The notes under the pieces are model-generated. The model was given only the letters and a program-made list of their open reading frames with translations, was not told the DNA's origin and ran no database searches. A DNA stretch of 64,000 nucleotides from Fimicolochytrium jonesii (lineage: Eukaryota), in the NCBI RefSeq assembly GCF_025526975.1, contig NW_026515697.1:310001-374000 (forward strand), in the 5' to 3' direction. The position numbers and the translations under genes were made by a program. Numbering within the stretch: position 1 is the first letter of the stretch; each line of letters starts with the position of its first letter. This document shows, piece after piece, positions 22,958 to 33,700 of this stretch.

Positions 22958-25491
22958 TGTAACGTCAGAGGAAACGTAGACGATATCGGGCCCTTCCGAG
23001 AGGGCTGAGAGTAGTGTATTGTAGTGAAGAAAAAAGTCAGAGGCTCTTCGCAGCGGCCGCTCGACTGACAGCTTTATATATGGGCTGCCAGTGGGGCTTG
23101 CGTGGCTTCAGTGAGGCTTGACGCCTCATGTAATGTATCACCGAGAGCTCGGGTGGCCAGCCCGGGTCTCGGATCAAGTAGAAGTAAAGAGATATAATAT
23201 GAAATACAAGTGAAGATGAGATATCCCCGACACCTCCCTCAGATCCTGAGGAGGGCGCCGAATAAACAGAGGTGAACTACAAGGGATATGTGAAGAAAGG
23301 GAGAGCTCATGTTCATTTTAAAGTGTTGACGCACTTGTTCATTTTATAGTGTTGACGCACTCTGTGATGTGTGTGTTTGAGGCAAAGGCATCCCTAAGCC
23401 GACGTCGTGTATGATGTGTATGTGTAAGGTCGGTTCTTGCGTCACCGCACGTGATATGAGGTAATTTATGTCACTATTGTCAGCGGTGTGATGGATAGTG
23501 AGCGGTTCTTGCGGCGTCGCGCGTGTGATGTGATATGAGATGCTCTATGCTGTTCGTCTCCGTATCCACAATCATTGTGAATGAGCTTTTCGCCATTGTT
23601 TGCAGGCAGGCGTATAGCGAAGTGCGGATGCGGGTTCCCACGTAGGATCAGGATAACCAAGCCTTTTGACTAGAAGATTTCGTATGGCGCGTCGCTCGTC
23701 GGTGATATCTTCTACATCCCATTAAGGTTGTCCGCGTTCTTCGATTGGTGGAGGAGGTTGTGGAACTGCACGTTGCGGATATTGCTCTTTGCAATGTGGT
23801 CGTAAAATATCGACGTGAAAGACGGGCCAGATGCCGCTGATCTTCAATGGTGATAAATCGAGTTTGTAGGTATCAGGATGTGCTCCCAGTGCGATGATTT
23901 CTTCCTTGTCCTCTTCGTGCGTCTACTTCTAGGTTGATTCCTTGTCGATTTAGATCGACGAGGTCGCCGACCTTGTATGCGATTGGCGTTTGACCTTTGT
24001 CGTGTTGATGTGCAAATTGATCTTGCAATCCCTTAAGGTTTTCGCGTACGATACGCGCGATGTCTTCCTGCCCTTTCTTGAAGAGTTCAATTTCGTTTCG
24101 ATCTACAGCTCAAAGTTTGAGTTCTTGTCCTTCGAGTGTTGGATTCCAACCTGGGAGGATTGGAGAGCGTCCGAGATCTACTTTGAATGGCGATAAACCT
24201 TCATATTCCTCCCTCGGAGCGGTATTGTATGCGAATTTGATTAAAGGCAATAAGTTCTTCTGATTGCTCTTGTCGTAGTTGAGGTATTGCTTCCAAATCC
24301 TTTTCAGGGTTTGGATGGCTCGCTCTACTTTGCCGTCAGTTTGCTGATGACGAGCCGTAGCGAATTCGTGTTTTACACCGAGGAGAATGTCGAATGCAAG
24401 GAAGAAGTCGGAAAGTGCGCGAGGTTCGCGATCCGTAACGAAGACTTTTGGTGTACTGACATGTTTCCAAACATGATCTAGAAAGACTTGGGCTAGTTCG
24501 CGTCCAGTAACTGTCTTCTTGATTGGTGTCAGAATCACATGTCTGGAAAAGTAATCAATGCAGGAGAGACAAGAGTTTGTTTCATCTACTTTGAAAATGT
24601 CGAATCCGATCGTGTGCCATTTTCCAAAAGGTATAGGAGGAGGTCAAAGAAATCCGCATCGACGATAGCCAGGTTTGAATTGTCGACAGGATTTGCAAGT
24701 TCCAACATATTTGATGACGTTGGAGCGTACAGTAGGCCAGTAATAGTCCGTAAGAAATCTCGCGAGAGTCTTCTTAACACCGAGATGTCCTCCGGTGGCT
24801 AGTTTGTCATGAAATATCCCTGAAATCTTCGGGCGAATGTTCTCAGGAACGTATAAATGTCCTTCGTGTCGTACTAATCCATTTTCGAACGTATAACGGA
24901 GTTCTTTCGAAGTTTTCTTGTGTTGTGGCTTTCGAGAAATTTCATCGAGATAATCCATATATGGATCTTGGCGTAGCGCATTGTTCCATTCTTCTTCTGC
25001 GCAGGTAGGTGAGTTTTGTGGATCGTCTGTCGTAGCATTGGAGGAAGGTTCATTGACAAGCATGTGGCTGATCTGCGTATGCATGTCAAGGCGTTGTTGA
25101 CAATCTACACACCGAGGGGCATAGATTGGATTGCGGGAGAGCATGTCGGCGATATGATTCCATCGTCCAGGTAAGTACTGGATGTCGAAATCATACTCTT
25201 GTAACTTCTCCACCCAATTGGCTTGTCTTCTGCTCAAATGGGGTTGCGTTTGGATGAAGTCGAGTCCCTTGTGATTGCTAAAACATCGGAAGTAACGACC
25301 GATGAGATATGGTCGATTGGCGACCAACATCTTGACAAGAGCTAAAAGCTCCTATTTGTGCGTAGGATATCAAGTTTCTGCGTCCTTCATCTTTTTGGAA
25401 AAGAAGACCACAGGCCGGAGCCGAGGTAACTTCTTCCATTGTCTGACGAGAGTAGACAGATTCGTAGGGATTGTTTCATCGCCAGAAGGTT
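22958..25491 (-). mobile_element. Gy3 3' half: RNase H, integrase, chromodomain, PPT and 3' LTR (22958-23232)
   Basis: NHKGL..LSRRQANW..ADMLSR; HDKLATGGHLG..CKSC; HQQTDGKVERA; WDVEDITDER..LVKRLGYPDPTWEP. Confidence 0.92.
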
Positions 25492-27281
25492 TGTGATGTG
25501 GACTACCTTCCACACGGGTTGTATAACAGATGTCCGTATACAATAACTACTTTGCTGTAAGGTATTGTAGACGGACTGGGTGTTCGTCGGCTCTGCTATG
25601 CGATATGTAGTAAAAGAACTACTTGTTGTGCATAGGAACGTGCGACAAGCACTGTTAAAGTACCCATGAGGTCGGAGTCCACTGGAGAACACTGTCTGCA
25701 AAGACCTTTCCTTGGACAGCGAAAGGTCTTTCGCTGATCTCGGGAACATGTTTCACTTAGACAGCGATACATGTTCCGCTGACATGTCATTCTCCACCGG
25801 ACACTCCACATTACACCCCCCCCCTCCCCCCCCCCCCCCCAGATTCTACGACACGAACCTGCCCAGCAAGCTCAAGCAGAGTAGAATATGAAGGTGTGCG
25901 GGATCGCACCCAGCGCAATCCTTCCTGGTCCTTGTCGTCGTCAGTCCAAATAACCAAAGTTGTGCAGCGAATACCCATGGTTATGCAGCAAAGTAACCAT
26001 GGTTCTGCAACTGGAGTAGTGTGGCGTTCAGGAAAGCTTTCTAGAAGACCGTCCTGGGTAGCGACGCTTGCAAACCATTCTAAATTAATGGTATTTGCCA
26101 TCCACGCTACGTGCTACCGGCAGCGGATATCCCAGCGGTGAATGCAACAGGTGTGCTTTGTATCGCACGTTGCCTAATAGAAGTTGTCGGGCAATGGATG
26201 TACACAACCATCGAGCCAACGAAGCTCTGTCGTTCAGAGTCAACGCCTATGTGTATCTCCGGGCATACACACCATTGAGTCTTCAGGAGTGATCAGTTCC
26301 TGCTTACTCATTATGGACGGCAGCCGTAAACGCATTTACCCTATGCGGATGCCGTTTACCATCAAGGGGTCGTGTTAACACTCGTTTTGTGTAGCACGTT
26401 GCAATCCCTTTCACAGCTTTGACTTATGTCCAAAGATATCGTGAACGAGAACTTCTCTACTCGATTACAACGATATCCGATGTTTTATTGGACAGAAGGT
26501 CCCCTCCGGCTACAGATCATTCATGGCCTCCAGCGAACCGTGCACTCATGCGTCGCAGAGCCTCAGGTCCCTTAGAGCGCTTCCGCTTTCGCTTATCTGA
26601 ATTCTACTTCACCATGGACCAAGATGAAGTCATCTAACGCAGCGCAGTCTTTCACTCGCTCATGCGTTTCCCATGTCGTCTGCTCAGATGGGTAACCAAC
26701 TCACTGAACGAGATACTCAGGTTTTCCATGGACCAACCTACGTCCGATAATCTTATCGACATAGTATTCTTCCTTGCCTTCGACCTGGACGCGCCCTGGG
26801 TTAAAGTCCTCTACATCGTCGATGCGCAGCGGATCTGAGGTCGGCTCGTGCCATGGCTTCAAGATATCCGTATGGAAGACCGGATAGAGAGCGCCCATCA
26901 AAGCTGGCAGCTCTAACTCGTACGTTTCCGGGTGTGGTCCTTCCTTCTTCACAATGAAGGGTCCCGGCCAGCTCTGTCTAAACTTGAGCGGCTTCTTATT
27001 GAAAGCAGGGATCGTTATCCCGTCGCTGTTCAACAGGACTTTATCTCCTGGACGAAAGCTCTGTACACAACGTCCACGATCGTGATACTTTGCTTGTTTG
27101 TCCTGGGCTTCCCGCAGTTTCTGCTGCACTATGAGTTCAATGGATCGGTATGCCTCAGCACGCTTCTCCATCTGTTTGCTGAGCTCACGTCGTGACTTAT
27201 GCAAGAATGGGATCGACGTATCGCCCATACGTTGCAACACCTTTGCGTCAACTTGCCAATGCATTGGCGCCTGCGGAATTC
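25492..27281 (-). mobile_element. Gy4 3' part: integrase tail, chromodomain, about 820-nt 3' region, poly-G PPT and 3' LTR (25492-25815)
   Basis: WPGPF..VFHTDILKPW..EEYYVDKIIGRR..EYLVQ. LTR bounded by the inverted termini TGTGATGTGG/CCACATTACA and repeated at 50197-50504. Confidence 0.88.
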
Positions 27282-28783
27282 TGAGGCGTGTCTTCGGTGC
27301 GCGCGTTGAAGGCGTTCGAGAGGGCTTCAATGGTTCGGGCGTTGAAAGCGTCTGGACGAGACTCCCAGATATCCAACGCTTCAGTCTCAATGAGTTCAGA
27401 GCGTGGTTGCCAGGTAGGGGTAGTAAAACCAACCCACTTGACAAGGTATTCCTTTTGGACGTTCTTGCCGCGGCGTTGACTTTCGGAAAGGATGTGTTCG
27501 ATAGGGATCTTCTCTTGCGAGGTGGGAGCATCTTCTAGAAGATCTAGGAGAGCAGGATCTTGACAAAGGTGCTCAGGGAGTCCAGTAGATTCTTCGAAAC
27601 AAACGTCACGTGAGACGGCGACAGTGACGCGTACTGGATCCCAGACATAGTAACCTTTGGTGCCTTGTTGGCCTACTAGGTACGTCTTGGTAGCACGATT
27701 TGCCATCCTGTCCCGGCCCTTGGGTGGAACAACAGTATACGTGAGGCATCCGAGCTTGCGCAGATGCGCGATGCTCGGGCAGCGACCGGTAAGGAATTTG
27801 GAGCGCGATTTGGCGTCCAAGGATGCAACTGAATGCGGGTAGAGGTTGTGTAGGTAAGACAAAGCCTTCAGGATGTACGGCCAGAGCCTGCGGGGAAGGT
27901 GAGTGTCCGCGAAGATGGCGCGTACGCGGTCCAGCAACGTCCGATTGAGGCGCTCTGCTTTTCCGTTTTGTTGACTAGAATACGCGACAGTAGACTCATG
28001 GGTAATCCCATTGTTGTGTGAATACGACGTGAGCGCGCAGTGTATTCCCCTCCCCTATCCGTACGTAGGATCTTGAGGGAGACGCCAGTTTGATTCTTGA
28101 GCCACTTATGAAAGATCATAAACCTTGCGGTAATAGTGGATGCCTCCTTGTCCTTGATGGAGTAGGTATGGGCGAAATTGGAGCCGTCGTCGAGGAACGC
28201 GCGACTGTAGCGCTCTCCGTCCATGTCATGGATCCAAAATGGACCTTGTAAATCGCTGTGAATCAGCTCGCCGGGTTTGTGTGGCGGGGATGTCGATTTA
28301 GGGAAGGTAAGGCGGGTAGCTTTGCGGAGATGTAATAATGCTAGGTCCGTTGCCAGTGGCTAGCTCTGTCTCCGCTCGATGTATTGAAAGAATTCTAGAG
28401 TTTCTACCTTCCGGGGCGCCGCCCGAAGGCTTTTCTTCCCTTCGGGAGTCACCCCAGAGCGTAGAACTCCAATATAATCTACGCTACACGTGATCTCATG
28501 CCCTACGCGCTTCCCCGCACTAAGGTGACACCTGCAGCACCTCATTACACCCCCCTTAGAGCCAAGTGTCACTCCGACACCGACCCCACCTGTCAGTCGC
28601 TCCCCGCTGTCACTTGATGTGGAGCTGACACAGGTGTCGGCCATGAGGAGTGCGCATGGCTCTGCTGGAGCGGCTGGCGTCACCGGTGGTCACCACGGTG
28701 GCAATCAGATCCACGCCGAAATGAGGTAGAGATGATTTGGCCGCAGCTGGTCGTGGGGCGCTATAGTCCTTGTCCCTGCGGCA

Positions 28784-28790
28784 TATAAAA
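28784..28790 (+). promoter_or_regulatory. TATA box of the antisense RING gene
   Basis: GCATATAAAAGG in GC-rich context, 108 nt upstream of the ATG at 28892. Confidence 0.6.
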
Positions 28791-28891
28791 GGAAGGCAGT
28801 AGTCCCCTCGGCACCTTTCCGCCAGTCCCCGGACTTACAATTCTTGCTCCCAATCTTGTAACCTCTCACCGTCGCCGTTCTCCTCATCACT

Positions 28892-29649
28892 ATGGCCAGC
28901 GTAGCTCCTCCTGCCAAGCCCACTGCTGCCGGCCCGTCATCGGGCAAGAAGAAAGTAGGCGATGGCCCCACTAAAGGGGACAGTCTGAAGAAGGCTCTCA
29001 GCGACAGCAAGTGGGGAGTCCACGGAGGTTGCCCAATTGACCGAACTTACGTGGTTTGACCAATTCTATCCCAGGACACCCCCAAGGTGCACTCGGACAG
29101 TACCCCGGGGCCCCCGGCTCCACCGGCCCGTCTTACGTGTTGGAACTGCAACACGTACCGCCCCCGCAAGATGTTCCTCTTGGCGTGCCAGCACATTATA
29201 TGCTGGCCTTGCATACTCCCGCTCTGTGATGACACCGTAAGGAACCGCATGTCGTGGGTGGTTCCCGTGGGGTGACTGACAGCTCACGTCTCTTCCCGAC
29301 AGACCGACACGCCCGTTGGGGAGTTCACGTGTGGCTACGTGGACAGTTTCGGGGAGGAGTGTGAAGCGCCGCTCTTCTGCGAGGCGCTACCCTGCACCTG
29401 TGTGTGGCCCGACTGCGATTGTCTGGCCGAGGACGTGCGGGTCTTCCCCTGCCACCACATCCAGTGTATGGGGCATGTCCGCGCGTAAGTACAACAGTCG
29501 TGAATTTTTGACAGGTCCCGCCACTGACGTGACGCGCTCCCTCTAGCCAGATGAACGTCCAGCAGTTCGTCCCGCTGCGTTGTGGCATGGGGACCGCCTG
29601 CCACGGCTCACGTTGCCAATGGTCTTTCGCCAAACAGGCTGGTATTTAG
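28892..29649 (+). CDS. Spliced gene, predicted 169-aa tandem RING-like zinc-finger protein; exons 28892-28954, 29075-29236, 29303-29484, 29547-29649
   Basis: Introns GTAGGC..TTGAC..CCCAG (120 nt), GTAAGG..CTGAC..GACAG (66 nt), GTAAGT..CTGAC..TCTAG (62 nt). Splicing removes every stop and yields C-x2-C-x12-C-x-H-x2-C-x2-C-x17-C-x9-C, then C-x4-C-x11-C-x-H-x2-C-x2-H-x14-C-x5-C. The intron 1 donor is the least certain. Confidence 0.8.
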
Positions 29650-29736
29650 CCTGGCGTTGTCGTTCTTCTTTCTTGTATATATTTTGTTGAATTTGATCTC
29701 TTCGGAGCGTTTCCCTTTGGTACTTCATCGATCGTC

Positions 29737-29984
29737 CTGAGCCCTGGTGCCTCGCCCCCGCTTGCATCCTAGGCCTTAGTACATACCCGCCCGCATGAGC
29801 CCTGACACCTTGCTTGCCCGCTCGCATAGGCCCTGGTACCCTGTACCCGCCCGCATCCTAGGCCTTGGTATTGCATACCCGCCCGAATGAGCCCTGACAC
29901 CTCGCTTGCCCGCTCGCACAGGCCCTGGTACCTCGTACCCGCCCGCATCATAGGCCCTGGTACTACGTACCCGCCCGCATGAGT
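29737..29984. repeat. Degenerate tandem repeat, about 30-nt unit (GCCCTGGTAC..TACCCGCCCGCAT), about 8 copies
   Basis: Visible periodic CCCGCCCGCAT/CCCGCTCGCA and GGCCCTGG/GAGCCCTGA motifs. Confidence 0.85.
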
Positions 29985-30184
29985 CTGTGATGGTAATGAT
30001 CATTTCGGACAGTAGAAACTCTGTTTTGATGTATGTACAAGGTTCAGATACGTTTACGGCGACGAGAGACTGCCGCTCTCTCCTTTGCCTTGGTCTCCCA
30101 AGTCTCCTGGCGCTTGGCGGCTTGCTTTCGGACATATCACTTGTGGGCCGAGGTGTCACGGACGTGTCGGAGTGGCCCCCAGGT

Positions 30185-30735
30185 TGTTATGATCTCCACG
30201 ACTGAGGCGGAAGCAAAGTAGAGAAGACAAGGCGAGAGTGATAGGCGACAAGGGATTCCAATGGCGAAACAAGAAACAAGGACTAGAACAGGAGATGAGA
30301 AGAACTGGTGTTGATCTGCTGGGGAGGAAGGGAATGGACGAAGAGAGGCCGGCGATTTATAGGTAGACAACCCAGGAGATCAAAGGACAACAACAACAAG
30401 AGGGGACTGGGGGGGCGCCAGCTATGCTCCTAGAGCGGGCGTGGCGAGCGTAGAGAGCATTGCTAACAGCTGCCGGCTATGAAGAAGTGGTGGGGGATGT
30501 GGAGAAGCCGAGGGGGGATTAGCAAAATGATAGGAGAGAGGAGGAGCGGCGATATTGCGGGAGGATTGGCGAAATGAGAGGAGAGAGGGGAAGTGACATT
30601 GACATTGACATTGACACTGACATTGACACTGACATTGACACTGACATTGACATTGACATTGGTGTATGACATTGGCGGTTGACATTGGCGGCTGTCAGTA
30701 GGTAAGCTTATGGTATGGGCGCGTCGTCCATAACA
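30185..30735 (-). repeat. Gy1 solo LTR inserted in the Gy2 chromodomain
   Basis: Complete TG..CA LTR with perfect TSD CAGGT at 30180-30184 and 30736-30740. Removing it restores FLVKWAGYDVSQNTWGPLRHVRDT. Confidence 0.96.
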
Positions 30736-33700
30736 CAGGTGTTCTGGGACACGTCATAGCCGGCCCATTTGACCAGGAACATCTCGGTGTTGCCTACCCA
30801 CTTGGAGTCGAGGATGTCTTCAACTTGGTGTTCGAGTTTGCCGTTGACTTCCTCCGGGGGGGGTGGTGCGTCCACTTTTCGGTATGAGCTGTTCTCCGGA
30901 GGGTTGTACCTGCGTAGGATGTTGACGTGGAACACCGGCTGTAGTCTACTGAACTCATGGGAGAGCTCCAGCTCGTAGGTGTCCGGGTGGGGCCCTTTTC
31001 CGCTGACGGGGAAGGGCCCGATCCATAGCGCGGACAGCTTCTTGTTTCGGGCCAAGATACTCTTGATCTGGATGCCTTCGCGGTTCAGCAGGACCTGATC
31101 GCCTACTACAAACGCGTCCATATTCTTGTTCCTGTCGTAGTATCTTGCCTGCCTGTCCTGGGCCTCTCGGAGTCTGTGCTGAACGATGCGGCTCACCTCA
31201 GTCAGTTGCTGCATGCGCTCCTCAATGCACTTTCGATTGCCCTGTTTCAGTTGCGGTGTTGGGTCGCTGGTACCCCATTGGTCTGGTACCTTTGGGATGT
31301 ACCCGATGTCGATCTCGCACGGGGACATGCCCGTGAAGGTCTGGGGCGTCCTGTTGTAGTCGTACTCGAGGAGGCAAAGCATCTCGCGCCAGTTCGAGCC
31401 GGTGTAGTTCAGGTAGGGGACCATCATCTTCTTGATTGTCTTGATCACGTTCTTTGTCTTGCCGTCGGTCTGATGGTGGTGTGCCGACGAGAGTTCCTGC
31501 TCTACGCCGGCGCACTCCAGGAGGTGCTTCCAAAAGGCGCCGGTCCATTTGGTGTCCCGATCGCTGATGATCGTGTGGGGCATGCCCGTGATGCAGAAGG
31601 CCTGGTCGAATAATAGCTGGGCGAGTTCCTTTGCCGTCGCCTTGGCATGGGTCTCGGAGAGGATTACGCGGCTGAATAAGAGTCCACCAGGATGAGGACA
31701 GCTCCCTTGTCCATGACGGACTTGTCTCCCGCTTCCCCCCCCCCCCCCCCCCCCCCTTAGAGTTCGTCGTGGGGAAGTAGATGTCCAAGCCGACGCAACG
31801 CCAGCGCTCGTCGGGGACCGGAATGCTGCGTAGGAGCCCGAAGTTGGAAGCCTGCTTGCTGCGTTGGCAGTCGGGGAAAGTCCGGACGTACTGATGGACC
31901 TCACGCTCGAGGTGGGGCCAGTAGTAGAGCGCAAGGAGTTTGGCGACGGTGCGCTGGACACCCGAGTGGCCGCCGTTGGCCAGGGAGTCGTGATAGAACC
32001 TGAGGACGGGGCCCCGAAGGCCCTCGGGGACATAGCGGCGGCCATGGTACAAAATCAAGCCGCGGTCGTCGCGCGTGAGGCGGCGGGCAAAACCCAAAAG
32101 GGTAGAGGGGTCGTCGGGGTTTGTCGCGGTGGTCTGCAGGTGGGCGAGGGTGTCCTTGCAGAACTTGTCATCGTCGAGCGCAGTGAGCCACTCGGCGTCG
32201 GTAGGGAGGCGGCCGGTGATGTCCGGTAGAGGTGTCCCGGTGACAATGGAGAACACTTCGACCTTCCTCTGACAGCTTGCGCTCTTCAGGGCGAACAGCG
32301 GGGTGCGGCTGAGTATGTCGGCGATGTGATTGAACTCGCCGGGGAGGTATTCGATAGTGAAGTCGTAGTCCTGAAGAAACTCCACCCAGCCGGCCTGGGG
32401 CCGGGAGAGATGAGGCTGATTCTGGAGGTATATGAGGGATTTGTGGTCGACAAATGCACGGAATTGGCGACCGATGAGGTAGTGGCGGTTAGCGCGGATC
32501 ACTTTGACAAATGCGAGGAGCTCCTGTTCGTGCACGGGGTATCGGGTTTCGGCCGGAGCCATCTTGCGTGAGTACTAGGAGATGACGCGGAGGCGCGGAA
32601 GGTTATTGAGGCCCTTTTTCGTGGTGGGCAGTGGATTCGGCATGGGAAAGTTGCCGTCCGTGCCCTGACCAATCCAGGCCCCTACGGCGAAGCCCGACGC
32701 GTCAGAGAAGTCGTAGGGGAACTTATCGGGGTCGAAGAACGCCAGGCAACGGGGATCGGCTGCGCGCGCCTTGATGGTGTTGAATGCTGCTTGTTCCTCG
32801 GCGCCCCACTGCCACGGGCGGGTGCCGGATTGAAGGTTGGTCAGTGGGAGGGCTGTGTCAGCATAATGCGGAATGTATTCCTTGACATAGTTGACTAGCC
32901 CCATGAAGGAGAGGAGCTCGAGGGCGCTGGTGGGTTTGGGTCGAGCGCGGATAGCCTCGACCTTGGAAGGGGCGATGGAAAGGCCATCCTTACCGACCAT
33001 TTACCCGCAGAACTCGACCTGGTCCACTGCCCACTGACATTTGGACGGTTTCACGTGGAGGCGGTGAGCCGAGAGGGTCTTGAGCACTTCGGTGACATGC
33101 CCGGTGTGTGAGTCCATGTCAGGGCTGAAAATAAGGATGTCGTCAAGGTAAGAGATGAGGTATGAATCGTACTTGTCACCCAGGAGTTTGTTCGTGAGGC
33201 GTTGGAATGTCGCGGGCGCGTTCGTCAGCCCAAAGGGTAATACGTTGTACTGGAAGTGGCCGAAGCGCGTCCGGAAGGCAGTCTTCTCACGGTCTTCCTC
33301 CCGGATGAGAATGCAGTGGTAGGCATCGCGGATGTCGATAGCGGTGAAGACCTTCATGCCGACGAGGCAGTCCCAAAGCTTGTTGAGGTTCGGGAGGGGC
33401 GTGGCGTCCTTATGGGTCATCTTGTTGAAGGCCCGGTAGTTGATGCAGCAGCGGAGGCCACCGTCCTTCTTCGGGGCAAACAGCACAGGTGCCCCCCAGG
33501 GGCTCTTAGAGTGGGAGATGCACCCGCGGGATGATAGGCGCTCAAGTTGCTGCCGTAGCTCGTCGAGTTCATCGGGGGCCAAGTGGTGGAGTGGGAGCAT
33601 GACAGGCTTGGAGCCGAGCTTCAGATTGATGCTGAAGTTGTCGTTGCCGCGGTCCAGCGGGAGGCCGGTCTGTTTGGTGAAGAGGGTATCTGTAAACTGT

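Noticed and set aside
27248..27937. ORFs apparently fusing different elements (26701-27531, 27248-27937, 43158-44324, 14464-15096)
   Set aside because: Chance read-through across rearrangement junctions between fragments.
29737..29984. CRISPR-like periodicity
   Set aside because: Units are adjacent and degenerate, with no unique spacers and no cas genes; the context is eukaryotic.
31735..31756. Poly-C run giving GGGGGG in ORFs and a frame change in the Gy2 integrase (also 25816-25840)
   Set aside because: Homopolymer slippage or sequencing error; the second run is an expanded PPT.
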